DNA from: Candidatus Sericytochromatia bacterium
Lineage (GTDB): Bacteria > Cyanobacteriota > Sericytochromatia > S15B-MN24 > UBA4093
Assembly: GCA_036676985.1 (NCBI GenBank)
Contig: JAKFBU010000068.1
Location: forward strand, 1 to 31,660
Reading direction: 5' to 3'
DNA: 31,660 nt
Under the pieces are notes generated by a model. That model made no database searches and had not been told where the DNA came from. It was given only the letters and a program-made list of their open reading frames with translations. Made by a program: the position numbers and the translations under genes. Positions 1 to 9,388 of the stretch are shown piece after piece; position 1 is the stretch's first letter; each line of letters starts with the position of its first letter.

Positions 1-1415
1 CCCACTCCCACGTAGCTGAAGCCTTCCCGGCGCGCGGCGGCCGGGTTGAAGACGTTGCGGGCATCCACCAGGATGGGCGTCCGCATGACGGCCTTGAGCT
101 GGGCGAGCTCGAGGGTCCGGAACTCCTCCCACTCGGTCACGACCACCACCGCATCGCAGCCCCAGGCCAGGTCCATCGCGTCGACGGCGTAGTGCAGATC
201 GAGGTCCGGGTGCTGCGCCTGGCAGTGCTCCATGGCGATGGGGTCGAAGGCCTTGACCCTTGCCCCCATCTTGATGAGCGTCTGGGCGATATCCAGGGCC
301 GGCGCATCGCGCAGGTCGTCGGTGTTGGGCTTGAACGCGAGGCCCAATAGGCCGATGGTCTTGCCCTTGATGATCTTGAGCTGGTCCTGCAGCTTCTGAA
401 CGATACGCTGGCGCTGCTGCTGGTTGACCGTGACGGTGGCCTTGAGCATCTGGGGCTCGTAGCCGTACTCCCGGGCGATGGAGACCAGCGCCGAGACGTC
501 CTTGCCGAAGCAGCTGCCGCCCCAGCCCGCTCCCGCGTTGAGGAAGCGCTGGCCGATGCGGGCGTCCAGACCGATGCCGCGGGCCACCTCGACCACGTCC
601 GCTCCGACCTTCTCGCAGAGGTTAGCGATCTCGTTGGCGAACGAGATCTTGGTGGCGAGGAAGGCGTTCGCCGCGTACTTGATCATCTCGGCCGACTGCA
701 GGTCGGTGGTGACCAGGGGCACCGCCCCGAAGCCCTCGGGGCGCGGAGCCACCTTGGGGGCCTGGAAGGTCTGCTCGAGGATGGGCGCGTAAAGCTGGCG
801 CAGGATCGAGTAGGCCTCGGGATCCTGCGAGCCGACGACGATGCGATCGGGGTACAGGGTGTCGCCGATGGCCGAGCCCTCGCGCAGGAACTCGGGGTTG
901 GAGGCCACCATGAAGCGGGGCATCGCCTCGACCTCGAGCGAGCCCGTCCCGCGGTGGCCAGCAGGCTGCAGGGCCTCGATGCCGTCGCGCACGAGCATCT
1001 CGACCCAGTTGCCCGAGCCGATGGGCACCGTGCTCTTGTTGACGATGACCCGGGGCTTGGAGTTGTCCAGGGCCGAGCCGATGGACCTCGCCACCGCCTC
1101 AACGTACTGCAAATCCGGCTCACCCGTCGGCTGAGGGGGCGTGCCTACCGCGATGAAGATGACGTCCGCCGCCTGCACCGCAGGTGGCAGGTCCATGGTG
1201 AAGCTGAGCGCCCCCTCGAGCGGGGCCGTGCACCGCTTCTGGCAGTGGACCAAGAGCTCCGAGAGCCCCGGCTCGTAAATCGGGGACTCGCCCGAGCGCA
1301 GCTTCTCGACCTTGGCAGGGTTGTTGTCAACGCAGGTCACCTCGTGCCCCAGATAGGACAAACAGGTGCCCGTGACCAGACCAACGTAGCCCGTCCCGAT
1401 GACGCAGACCTTCAC
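1..1415 (-). CDS. ugd: UDP-glucose 6-dehydrogenase (3' end runs just off the window)
   Basis: Missing from the ORF track because there is no stop in the window. Hand translation from GTG 1415 (SD AGGAGG at 1421-1426) gives MKVCVIGTGYVGLV (Rossmann), VNKSTVP, SNPEFLREG, catalytic GWGGSCFGKD and LAFKPNTDDLR, and reads ...GFSYVGVG at the window edge. Confidence 0.95.
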   Translation of the reverse strand, partial: MKVCVIGTGYVGLVTGTCLSYLGHEVTCVDNNPAKVEKLRSGESPIYEPGLSELLVHCQKRCTAPLEGALSFTMDLPPAVQAADVIFIAVGTPPQPTGEPDLQYVEAVARSIGSALDNSKPRVIVNKSTVPIGSGNWVEMLVRDGIEALQPAGHRGTGSLEVEAMPRFMVASNPEFLREGSAIGDTLYPDRIVVGSQDPEAYSILRQLYAPILEQTFQAPKVAPRPEGFGAVPLVTTDLQSAEMIKYAANAFLATKISFANEIANLCEKVGADVVEVARGIGLDARIGQRFLNAGAGWGGSCFGKDVSALVSIAREYGYEPQMLKATVTVNQQQRQRIVQKLQDQLKIIKGKTIGLLGLAFKPNTDDLRDAPALDIAQTLIKMGARVKAFDPIAMEHCQAQHPDLDLHYAVDAMDLAWGCDAVVVVTEWEEFRTLELAQLKAVMRTPILVDARNVFNPAAARREGFSYVGV

Positions 1416-1433
1416 CACTACCTCCTGGACTCG

Positions 1434-2441
1434 TTACTGAGTGACCTGGTTCGCCTTGGCCCGCTGGGCATCCAGTCCGCGCTGCTTCAAGGGACGCCAC
1501 CAGGCCTCATTGGCCAAGTACCAAGCAATCGTCTGGTCGATCCCCGTCTCGAAGGTGTACGACGGCACCCATCCAAGCTCTCGCTCGATCTTCGACGCGT
1601 CGATGGCATACCGCTTGTCGTGCCCCGGACGATCCTGGACGTAGCGGATGAGGCTCTCCGGCTTGCCGAGCTTCTCGAGGACGGTGCGGGTAATCTCCAT
1701 GTTGGTCTTCTCGTTGTGACCACCGATGTTGTAGACCTCACCCGCCTTGCCCGCATGCAGCACGCGGTCGAGTGCCCAGCAGTGATCCTCCACGTGCAGC
1801 CAGTCGCGGACGTTGAGGCCGTCGCCGTAAACGGGCACCGACACATCGTCCATCAGGTTGGTGATGAACAAGGGGATCAGCTTCTCGGGGAAGTGATACG
1901 GGCCGTAGTTGTTGGAGCAGTGGGTGATGAGCGTCTCGAACTTGAAGGTCTCGAAGTAGGCCCGAGCGAGCATGTCCGAGCCCGCCTTCGAGGCCGAGTA
2001 GGGGCTGTTGGGGGCGTAGGGCGTCTCTTCGGTGAAGAAGCCCGTGGGCCCCAAGGAGCCGTAGACCTCGTCGGTCGACACATGGAGGAAGCGCTCGACC
2101 TTGTGGTGCTTCGCGGCATCCAGGAGGACCTGAGTGCCCAGCACGTTGGTGCGCACGAAGGCCGCCGGATCGGTGATGGAGCGGTCCACGTGGCTCTCGG
2201 CCGCCAGGTGCATGACCGCATCCACACCCTGCATCACCTCGTCGACCAGGGCGGCATCGCAGATGTCACCGTGCACGAACGAGTAGCGGGGGTTGGAGCT
2301 GACGTCCGTTAGGCTCTCGAGGCAGCCCGCATAGGTCAGCGCGTCCAGGTTCACGATCTGGTAGGTCGGGTGCTCGTTGAGCATGTGGCGGACCAGGTTT
2401 CCGCCAATAAAGCCCGCACCACCGGTAATGAGAATCTTCAT
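1434..2441 (-). CDS. rmlB: dTDP-glucose 4,6-dehydratase
   Basis: [57 protein letters not shown] and DRPGHDKRY motifs. Confidence 0.97.
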   Translation of the reverse strand: MKILITGGAGFIGGNLVRHMLNEHPTYQIVNLDALTYAGCLESLTDVSSNPRYSFVHGDICDAALVDEVMQGVDAVMHLAAESHVDRSITDPAAFVRTNVLGTQVLLDAAKHHKVERFLHVSTDEVYGSLGPTGFFTEETPYAPNSPYSASKAGSDMLARAYFETFKFETLITHCSNNYGPYHFPEKLIPLFITNLMDDVSVPVYGDGLNVRDWLHVEDHCWALDRVLHAGKAGEVYNIGGHNEKTNMEITRTVLEKLGKPESLIRYVQDRPGHDKRYAIDASKIERELGWVPSYTFETGIDQTIAWYLANEAWWRPLKQRGLDAQRAKANQVTQ

Positions 2442-2461
2442 CGTGATGTCTTGTCCTTCCC

Positions 2462-3526
2462 CTAGACGATGCTGAACTGCGAGTTGTCGCCGAGCATGAG
2501 GCGGTAGGCCTTGGGCTTGAGCTCGCCACGGGTCACCTCGACGTTCTTGCCGAGCAACGAGTCGACGATGCGACCGTTGATGTCGGTGATCGAGCTGCCC
2601 GCCAGGATGATCGAGTGCTCGATCTCGGCGTGGGTGATGGTGACGTTGCTGTCGATGGCCGTGTAGGGCCCCACGAAGGTGTTGGTCAGCTTGCAGCCCT
2701 CACCGATGATGGCCGGACCGCGCACGATGCAGCTCTCGAGACGAGCGCCCTTGGCGACGACGACCCGGCCCTGGATCTGGCAGTCGCCGACCAGCTCGCC
2801 CTGCACATCAGACTCGAGGTCGTCGAGCATGATCCGGTTGGCTTCGAGCATGTCGGACAGCTTGCCGGTGTCCTTCCACCAGCCGGTGATGACGTGCGGC
2901 AGCACCTGCTGGCCCTGGTCGATCAGGTACTGGATGGCGTCGGTGATCTCGAGCTCACCACGGGGCGAGGGCTGGATGGCGTTGACGGCCGGGAAGATCT
3001 TCTGGCTGAACAGGTACACGCCGACCAAGGCCAAATCGCTCTTGGGCTGCTTGGGCTTCTCCTCGAGGTCGACGACCTTGCCGTTCTCGAGCACCGCCAC
3101 GCCGAACTGGTTGGGGTTGGGTACCTTGGCAAGCAGGATCTGAGCGTCGGGCTTCTTGGCGTTGAACTCGTCGACGAAGCTCTTGATGCCGCCGCGGATG
3201 AGGTTGTCGCCCAGGTACATGACGAAAGGCTCGCCCGCCATGAACTCTTCCGAGATCTTGACGGCGTGCGCCAGGCCAAGGGGGGCCTCCTGGGGAAGGT
3301 AGGTGATCTTGACGCCCCAGCGGCTGCCGTCGCCCACCGCCGCACGGACCTCGGCCCCGGTCTCGCCGATGATGATGCCGATGTCCTCGATGCCCGCCTC
3401 CTTCATCGCCTCGATGGCGTAGAAGAGAATGGGCTTGTTGGCGACCGGCACGAGCTGCTTTGCCGCCGTGTGGGTGATGGGGCGCAGGCGCGTGCCCTTG
3501 CCACCGCTCAGGATCAGACCTTTCAT
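2462..3526 (-). CDS. rmlA: Glucose-1-phosphate thymidylyltransferase, long form with C-terminal hexapeptide-repeat region
   Basis: [46 protein letters not shown] and WWKDTG motifs; 354 aa; directly upstream of rmlB. Confidence 0.95.
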   Translation of the reverse strand: MKGLILSGGKGTRLRPITHTAAKQLVPVANKPILFYAIEAMKEAGIEDIGIIIGETGAEVRAAVGDGSRWGVKITYLPQEAPLGLAHAVKISEEFMAGEPFVMYLGDNLIRGGIKSFVDEFNAKKPDAQILLAKVPNPNQFGVAVLENGKVVDLEEKPKQPKSDLALVGVYLFSQKIFPAVNAIQPSPRGELEITDAIQYLIDQGQQVLPHVITGWWKDTGKLSDMLEANRIMLDDLESDVQGELVGDCQIQGRVVVAKGARLESCIVRGPAIIGEGCKLTNTFVGPYTAIDSNVTITHAEIEHSIILAGSSITDINGRIVDSLLGKNVEVTRGELKPKAYRLMLGDNSQFSIV

Positions 3527-3615
3527 CTACTTTTCGTCCTCAGTTGCGGGGAATCCCCGTCTGTAACCCTATCCTGTCGAGCCGTTGCGGCCCTTAGCTA
3601 AGACGTAGAACGTTG

Positions 3616-4386
3616 TTAGCTGGTTTCCTTCACGAACTCTGAACGTTCCGTCGCTCCGGCGACCGGAACGATGGTACGCAATTCCTGTCTCTGGATCGTC
3701 GTCCGATCCAAAAAGCGGTACTTGAAAAGTACCCAGATAGCCTCGAAGGCGTCCTTGAGGCCGATGTGCTTGCCTTCTTCGTAGGTGCGACCATTGTAGC
3801 TAATCGGCACCTCGAAGATCCGATAGCCGGCCTTGGCAATCTTGACCGTCACCTCGGGTTCGAAGCCGAAGCGCTTGGACTCGAGTGGCAACCCCTGAAT
3901 CACCTCCCGGCGGAACACCTTGTAGCAGGTCTCCATGTCCGTGAGGTTTATGTTGGTCAGCATGTTGGAGAGAAGCGTCAGGATGCCGTTGGCCACCGAG
4001 TGCCAGAAATATAGGACCCGGTGCGGCCCGCCCAGGAAGCGGGATCCGTAGACTACGTCCGCCTTGTTGTCCAAGATGGGCTGCAGGAGCTGTGGATAGT
4101 CCGCCGGATCGTACTCGAGATCGGCATCCTGGACGATGACGACGTCCCCGGTCGCATGCTGGAAGCCGGCGCGCAAGGCAGCTCCCTTCCCCATGTTGTG
4201 GGGCTGGAAGACGATCACGTAGCCAGGCTTACCGCGCAGGCCGTCGAGAAAGTCCCGCGAGCCGTCCTTGGACCCGTCGTCGACCAGGATGATCTCCTTG
4301 TCGAGGGGGACCGCCTCCACCCGGCTCAGAATCTCGGAGAGAGTCTTCATTTCGTTGTAGACCGGAATGACGACGGACAGACGCAT
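3616..4386 (-). CDS. GT2 glycosyltransferase, DPM1-like polyprenol-phosphate sugar synthase
   Basis: [47 protein letters not shown] and FGFEPE motifs; no C-terminal TM pair. Confidence 0.9.
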   Translation of the reverse strand: MRLSVVIPVYNEMKTLSEILSRVEAVPLDKEIILVDDGSKDGSRDFLDGLRGKPGYVIVFQPHNMGKGAALRAGFQHATGDVVIVQDADLEYDPADYPQLLQPILDNKADVVYGSRFLGGPHRVLYFWHSVANGILTLLSNMLTNINLTDMETCYKVFRREVIQGLPLESKRFGFEPEVTVKIAKAGYRIFEVPISYNGRTYEEGKHIGLKDAFEAIWVLFKYRFLDRTTIQRQELRTIVPVAGATERSEFVKETS

Positions 4387-4416
4387 GGGCTTCCTCTAAT
4401 ATGACAAGGCGTTAAA

Positions 4417-4422
4417 ATTATA
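4417..4422 (-). promoter_or_regulatory. Candidate -10 element (TATAAT) for the GT2-rmlA-rmlB-ugd transcript
   Basis: Perfect TATAAT on the minus strand in an AT-rich patch about 30 nt upstream of ATG 4386; no convincing -35. Confidence 0.4.
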
Positions 4423-4508
4423 GAGCAAAGTAGCCGAAAGCGATATCCTGTGACGCTTTTAGGCCGATCGTTCCGAGGACGGCGGCGGCGATTCAGGGCG
4501 CAAGCGCC

Positions 4509-4537
4509 TTGATCAGGATGCCCGCTGGGGCTAGACT
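4509..4537 (+). promoter_or_regulatory. Sigma70-type promoter for the GtrA-family gene, likely leaderless
   Basis: TTGATC(4509-4514)-17 nt-TAGACT(4532-4537). The ATG at 4544 lies at the expected +1 and has no SD. Confidence 0.5.
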
Positions 4538-4543
4538 ACGCAA

Positions 4544-4972
4544 ATGCCCAACATGACGGTGCCAAAGTTGACGGAGAGCCCGCTTATCGCCAAGATTGGC
4601 CGCTTCTTGGTCTCGGGCGGCAGCTCAGCCCTCGTAAACCTGCTCCTGCTCCATGGCTTGGTCGGGGTGATGGGACTGCGCGGAGGCTGGAAGGAAGACC
4701 TCGCCAACCTGGTAGCAATCGAACTGAGCGCGCTGTTCCAATTTGCGCTGTGCAGGCACTGGGTCTGGCGCAACGCGCCCCAAGTCCCGCTGTGGCGGGG
4801 GCTGTTCGCTTTTCATGGGGCGATCGCCATGACGCTCACTGGCCGCACTCTGCTCTTCACGCTGCTTCGGCAGGCCGGGATACATTACCTGCCCAATGCA
4901 GTGCTTGGCATCGCTCTGGCGGCGATTGCCAACTTCCTGCTCTACGAGCGGTTCGTCTTCAAGGGCCGCTGA
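4544..4972 (+). CDS. gtrA: GtrA-family flippase for polyprenyl-phosphate-linked sugar
   Basis: 142 aa with about 4 hydrophobic segments; GtrA-type motifs RFLVSGG..ALVNL, ANLVA, F...RHWVW and NFLLYERFVFK. Confidence 0.85.
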   Translation: MPNMTVPKLTESPLIAKIGRFLVSGGSSALVNLLLLHGLVGVMGLRGGWKEDLANLVAIELSALFQFALCRHWVWRNAPQVPLWRGLFAFHGAIAMTLTGRTLLFTLLRQAGIHYLPNAVLGIALAAIANFLLYERFVFKGR

Positions 4973-5917
4973 TTAGCCGGACGTGACTTCCCGTTCGAAC
5001 CCGAGAACCTCTTGAGTGAAGTAAAGGGGGCGGGCCTTTGCCTCGTCGTAGATGCGCCCGATGTACTCGCCGATGATGCCAAGCGTAATGAGTTGGACGC
5101 CGCCGAGGAACAGGATGGCCGCCATCAGCGAGGCCCAACCGATGATGGTCTCCTGCGTGAAGATGCGCAGGTACACGACGTACAGAATGCCCAGGAAGCT
5201 GACAACCGATACGAAGAAGCCCAGGTACGTCGCCATTTGTAGGGGCATGAACGAGAAGCTCGTGATACCGTCGAAGGCGAACTTGAGCATCTTCTTCAGC
5301 GGATACTTGGTCGAGCCCGCGTAGCGCTCCTGGCGAACGAAGCGGACTCCCGTTTGCTTGAAGCCGAGCCATGCGACCAATCCCCGGATGAAGCGATGCC
5401 GCTCCCGGACCTTCTTCAAGGCCTCGACGGCTCGGCGGCTCATTAGGCGGAAATCACCCGTATCCACTGGGATGTCCACGTTGGTGATCCGGGTAATGAG
5501 GCGGTAGAACGCCGCGGCAGTCGCCCGCTTGAATACACTCTCGCCTACGCGCTTCTCGCGAACGGCATAGACAACGTCATATCCTTCGCGCCACTTGGCC
5601 ACGAGCTCGGGGATCATCTCAGGGGGATCCTGTAGATCGGCGTCAATGACCACCACCGCGTCGCCTCGAGCGTGGTCCATACCGGCCGTGATGGCAATCT
5701 GGTGACCGAAGTTGCGGGACAGGTTGATTAGGCGGGCATGCGAATCACTCACCACGAGGGCCCGAAGCATGTCGGGGGAGGCGTCCGCGCTGCCGTCATT
5801 CACGAAGACCAGTTCGTAGGCATCCGGCAGGCTCCGCAGCGCCGACGTCAGGCGGCGGTGCAGTTCGGAGATGATTGGAGCTTCGTTGTAGATGGGCACG
5901 ACAACCGAAATCAACAA
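4973..5917 (-). CDS. GT2 undecaprenyl-phosphate glycosyltransferase (GtrB/YkoT/ArnC-like, SRNFGHQ subtype)
   Basis: Likely TTG start at 5917 or 5914 after SD AAGGAGG. Motifs VNDGSAD, LSRNFGHQIA, IDADLQDPPE and TGDFRLM, then two C-terminal TMs and IGEYIGRIY..KARPLY. Confidence 0.9.
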   Translation of the reverse strand: MLISVVVPIYNEAPIISELHRRLTSALRSLPDAYELVFVNDGSADASPDMLRALVVSDSHARLINLSRNFGHQIAITAGMDHARGDAVVVIDADLQDPPEMIPELVAKWREGYDVVYAVREKRVGESVFKRATAAAFYRLITRITNVDIPVDTGDFRLMSRRAVEALKKVRERHRFIRGLVAWLGFKQTGVRFVRQERYAGSTKYPLKKMLKFAFDGITSFSFMPLQMATYLGFFVSVVSFLGILYVVYLRIFTQETIIGWASLMAAILFLGGVQLITLGIIGEYIGRIYDEAKARPLYFTQEVLGFEREVTSG

Positions 5918-5955
5918 GCGCCCCTCCTTGGAATGAACGACAACGCAGACGCTAC

Positions 5956-5964
5956 ATCTTACCA
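5956..5964 (-). promoter_or_regulatory. Candidate extended -10 promoter (TGgTAAGAT)
   Basis: TGn plus TAnnnT about 40 nt upstream of the start at 5917. Confidence 0.35.
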
Positions 5965-6046
5965 AAGCGCCTCGCACTGTACTACTGAGCGGGCAAGGCG
6001 CAAAAAATCAGCTGGAAGCAACCCCATCAAGGATCTTGGCGTATAG

Positions 6047-6055
6047 TGCTACAAT
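6047..6055 (+). promoter_or_regulatory. Candidate extended -10 promoter (TGcTACAAT)
   Basis: Near-consensus extended -10 in the AT-rich divergent intergenic region, facing the GT2 at 6331. Confidence 0.4.
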
Positions 6056-6330
6056 ACAAAAGCTCTCCCTTGCTGTGATAGGCGGCCATCCAACGTCCAA
6101 GGCCGAGTGATGGCGACCCTTCACCTTGAGCGACTTCCTTACTTCGGCGACCGTAAAGGACGCCCCGAGCGCTAAAATTTGCCAGGGAGGTAGAAGTTTG
6201 GGCAGGCGGCGATATGTGGATCCAATGGATCGCTCCGGCCTGTTGGTAGTTGCCCATGCCTAAGTTCGGCCTGGACATGACCACGCCGACGACACTCGAC
6301 TTCGCCCTGCAGACTGAGAGGTCCATTTCG

Positions 6331-7311
6331 ATGACGGCCCCCGATGGCAATCCGACCCTATCCCTCATCGTGCCAATGCATAACGAGAGCGCGATGATAG
6401 GCGAATTCTACGCCCGCATCACCGCTGTACTTGACCGTACAGGTATGAGCTACGAGATCATTTGCGTCAATGATGGCAGCCGAGATGATACGCTGTCTCA
6501 GCTTCAGGAGCTGCATACGGTGGACGCGCGGGTCAAAGTCATCGATTTGTCGCGCAACTTCGGCAAGGAAGCGGCCATGACCGCCGGCATCGACTATGCC
6601 TGCGGTGACGCAGTGATCCCTATCGATGCCGACCTGCAGGATCCGCCTGAAGTGATCTTGGAGCTCATCGCCAAATGGCAGGAAGGCTACGACGTGGCCT
6701 ACGCGACCCGGCTGACGCGGGATGGCGAGACCCCCATGAAGAAGCTGACCGCGCTGCTCTTCTACCGCGTCATTCATAAGCTGTCGCCCATCCCGATTCC
6801 CCCGGACACCGGTGACTTCCGCCTGATGAGCCGCCCGGTGGTGGATGCCCTCCGCCAGCTTCGCGAACAGCACCGATTCATGAAGGGCCTTTTCAGTTGG
6901 GTCGGATTCCGTCAGACAAGCGTCCCGTACCACCGTGAGCCACGCTTTGCTGGCAAGAGCAAGTTCAACTACTGGAAGCTGTGGAACTTCGCCATCGAGG
7001 GCATCACCTCGTTCAGCTTTATTCCGCTTCAGGTCGCAACCTACGTCGGCTTCCTAGTTGCCATGTTCGCCTTTGTCTACGGCCTCTGCTTCCTGGTGAA
7101 CACGCTCCTGAATGGGAACGGAGTGCCAGGCTACCCGTCCCTGATGGTCACTATTCTGTTTTTAGGCGGGGTCCAACTTATGACCCTCGGGGTCATCGGC
7201 GAATATGTGGGCCGCATTTACAACGAGTCCAAACGCCGCCCGCTCTACCTGATTCGGCAGCGCCTGGGATTCGAAAAAGTCGCCGAGCGGATCGGCACCA
7301 CTATTAAGTAG
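6331..7311 (+). CDS. GT2 bactoprenol glycosyltransferase (GtrB/CsbB-like, SRNFGKE subtype)
   Basis: ATG 6331 follows GAGAGG. Motifs VNDGSRD, LSRNFGKEAAMTAG, IDADLQDPPE, TGDFRLM and RFMKGLFSWVGF, then two C-terminal TMs and GEYVGRIY.ESKRRPLY. Confidence 0.9.
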   Translation: MTAPDGNPTLSLIVPMHNESAMIGEFYARITAVLDRTGMSYEIICVNDGSRDDTLSQLQELHTVDARVKVIDLSRNFGKEAAMTAGIDYACGDAVIPIDADLQDPPEVILELIAKWQEGYDVAYATRLTRDGETPMKKLTALLFYRVIHKLSPIPIPPDTGDFRLMSRPVVDALRQLREQHRFMKGLFSWVGFRQTSVPYHREPRFAGKSKFNYWKLWNFAIEGITSFSFIPLQVATYVGFLVAMFAFVYGLCFLVNTLLNGNGVPGYPSLMVTILFLGGVQLMTLGVIGEYVGRIYNESKRRPLYLIRQRLGFEKVAERIGTTIK

Positions 7312-7315
7312 ACTC

Positions 7316-7344
7316 GAGGCCCTGCGGATGTGACGCAGGGCCTC
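7316..7344. terminator. Hairpin between convergent genes, probable bidirectional terminator
   Basis: Perfect 11-bp stem GAGGCCCTGCG/CGCAGGGCCTC with a 7-nt loop, between the stops at 7311 (+) and 7363 (-). U-tracts are weak. Confidence 0.65.
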
Positions 7345-7362
7345 AACTTGTGGGCGTCTAGG

Positions 7363-8316
7363 TCAGGGCCGAGCCAGCGCCGCCCCGGTTCCCCGGCACC
7401 ATGCTATGGTCTCGGCGATGCCCTGTTCGAATGGAACTTCAAAGGTCCAGCCCAGGACCGCTCGGATCAAGCCCGCATCAGCCAGGGAATGGCGGATGTC
7501 CCCGGGACGTGCCGGCCCGAACTCTGGGGGGCGATCGCTGCCAAGCTCCCGCGCAATCGCGCGGTAGGCCTCAAGCACAGAGGTCTGGCGGCCGGTCCCG
7601 ACGTTGAAGGCGGAGCCGAAGCCGCAGGTGGCCGTCAAGGCCAGCAGGTTCGCCCGGGCCACGTCGCGCACGGAAACGAAGTCCCGCGATTGTAGGCCGT
7701 CGCCATGGATCTGGACCGGTAACTCCCGCACCAGGCGGTCGATGAAGATGGACAGCACGCCCGAATAGGGCGAGGCCGGATCCTGGCGCGGACCATAGAT
7801 GTTGAAGTAACGCAGGCCGATGGTCTCAAGGCCGTGCAGCGCAAATACCAGGCGACCGGTCTCTTCGTTGTAGCGCTTCTGGCTGCCATAAGGCGACGAC
7901 GGCAGCAGGGGAGTCGACTCAGTGACCGGCGGGGCAGCATCGGTGCCATAGACCGCCGCGGAGCTCGCATAGACCACCCGGCGGACGCCTGCGCGGCGCG
8001 CGGCCTCCAGCACGTTGAGGGTGCCGGTGGCATTTACCGCGTGGGCAAAGGTGGTGTTCTCGATCGAAATAGGAACGGATACGACGGCTGCAAGGTGTAG
8101 CACGGCCTCGATTCCCTGCATGGCCGCCGTCAAGTCAACCTCGTCGCGAACGTCGGCCGTGACGACCTCGAAGGGCCCGGCATCCACGGCTTCCAGGTTT
8201 TCGGGCTTGCCGGTGCTGAAATCGTCCAGCACCCGGACCTTGCAGCCCGCCTCCAGCAAAGCCTGCACCGAGTGCGATCCGATGAATCCTGCCCCGCCCG
8301 TAACGAGCACATGCAT
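7363..8316 (-). CDS. Extended SDR nucleotide-sugar epimerase (WbpP/GalE-like UDP-Glc/GlcNAc 4-epimerase)
   Basis: ATG 8316 with SD GGAGGG. Motifs [34 protein letters not shown] (YxxxK), LRYFNIYGPRQDP.SPYSGV and GDG.QSRDF. Confidence 0.88.
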   Translation of the reverse strand: MHVLVTGGAGFIGSHSVQALLEAGCKVRVLDDFSTGKPENLEAVDAGPFEVVTADVRDEVDLTAAMQGIEAVLHLAAVVSVPISIENTTFAHAVNATGTLNVLEAARRAGVRRVVYASSAAVYGTDAAPPVTESTPLLPSSPYGSQKRYNEETGRLVFALHGLETIGLRYFNIYGPRQDPASPYSGVLSIFIDRLVRELPVQIHGDGLQSRDFVSVRDVARANLLALTATCGFGSAFNVGTGRQTSVLEAYRAIARELGSDRPPEFGPARPGDIRHSLADAGLIRAVLGWTFEVPFEQGIAETIAWCRGTGAALARP

Positions 8317-8488
8317 CGATGGTCCCTCCAAGTGGGTGCGACCCACCCATTAAAGCAGTCGCTCCACCCTTCCTCAAGCCGCGTCCCGACGTCTTGGAGG
8401 CGCGTCATTTCGGGCTCTCCGGAGGCACGAGCGCGACGTCTTCACGCGGAAACGGCGCTGCTTATCCGTGCCCGGCGGCTGACCGTGA

Positions 8489-9388
8489 CTAACGAGGCAA
8501 GCGTTGATCCGACCCTTCAGGGCGGACGACTTCTGACATGCCTGAGTGCTCTCCGCCAACCAACGCCATTCGGACGATCTCAGCATAGACCCTCGCCTCC
8601 CGCGGCGTACGAGCGGCCAATAGGAGGAACTTCAACGCCAAATAGAGTCGCAGGGCGAGCCACGAGGTGCGCGAGGCGTAGCGCCGGTAGTACTGGAGCT
8701 GGCTCGCGCGATAGCGACGGGCCTTGTTTGCCCCCAGTACCGCCGCACTCACGCCCCGAACATGACGGGCGACGGCCCTGGGATCGAACTGGATGCCAAA
8801 GCCATGCTCTCGGACCCGGCGGCAGAGGTCGAGATCCTCGAAGTACAGGAAATAGCGCTCGTCGAAGCCCGAAACGGCCTCCCAGGCCACCCGACGAATC
8901 AAGCAACACGCCCCGGTAACCCAATCCACCCGCTGCGGCCCGAGCGTCGCGAGGACGGGAGGCCGGCGGTGTTCGCGCTGGCGGCGCCATTCCGACAAGA
9001 GAGTCGGGTCCTCACCCCACGAGAGTTCCAGGCGGCCGCGATGATCGGTGATCAGCGGTCCGACGATCCCCATAGTTGGATCCTGATCCAGGGCTGACGC
9101 CAGGTGCGCGATGGTCCCGGCGTCTAGAATGGCGTCGGGATTCAAGAGCATTACATCGCCTTCGCCGAGTTGCCGGGCGCCAAGGTTGCACGCGGCCCCA
9201 AAGCCTACGTTTCGCTCCAGCGTGACGATCTGGGCATCTGGCCGCGTCGCGCGCGCCACCTCGACAGACTCATCGGTGGAGGCATTGTCCACGACCACGA
9301 GCGGTATGCAGGCTGGCACCGATGCCAGGCACGCTTCTAGCGTCGAGGCCGAATTCCAGGTCACCACCACGACGCCTAGGCTAGCCAT
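8489..9388 (-). CDS. GT2 glycosyltransferase, WbbL-like (probable rhamnosyltransferase)
   Basis: Start ATG 9388 overlaps the upstream stop. Motifs VVVVTWNS, VDNAS.D, NVGFGAACNLG, LLNPD, DWVTGACCL and GFDERYFLYFEDLDLC. Confidence 0.82.
   Translation of the reverse strand: MASLGVVVVTWNSASTLEACLASVPACIPLVVVDNASTDESVEVARATRPDAQIVTLERNVGFGAACNLGARQLGEGDVMLLNPDAILDAGTIAHLASALDQDPTMGIVGPLITDHRGRLELSWGEDPTLLSEWRRQREHRRPPVLATLGPQRVDWVTGACCLIRRVAWEAVSGFDERYFLYFEDLDLCRRVREHGFGIQFDPRAVARHVRGVSAAVLGANKARRYRASQLQYYRRYASRTSWLALRLYLALKFLLLAARTPREARVYAEIVRMALVGGEHSGMSEVVRPEGSDQRLPR

Noticed and set aside
498-524. Ugd catalytic motif GGSCFGKD instead of GGSCFPKD
   Set aside because: The catalytic Cys and Lys/Asp are retained; a minor variant with no reason to infer a new activity.
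954-3601. Long plus-strand ORFs 954..2312 and 2615..3601
   Set aside because: Antisense shadows of ugd/rmlB/rmlA, expected from high-GC3 codon bias; no recognisable motifs.
8332-8346. Small hairpin GTGGGT-GCG-ACCCAC upstream of the epimerase SD, and the palindrome at 3547-3559
   Set aside because: Six-bp stems are expected by chance at this GC content, and neither occludes the SD.
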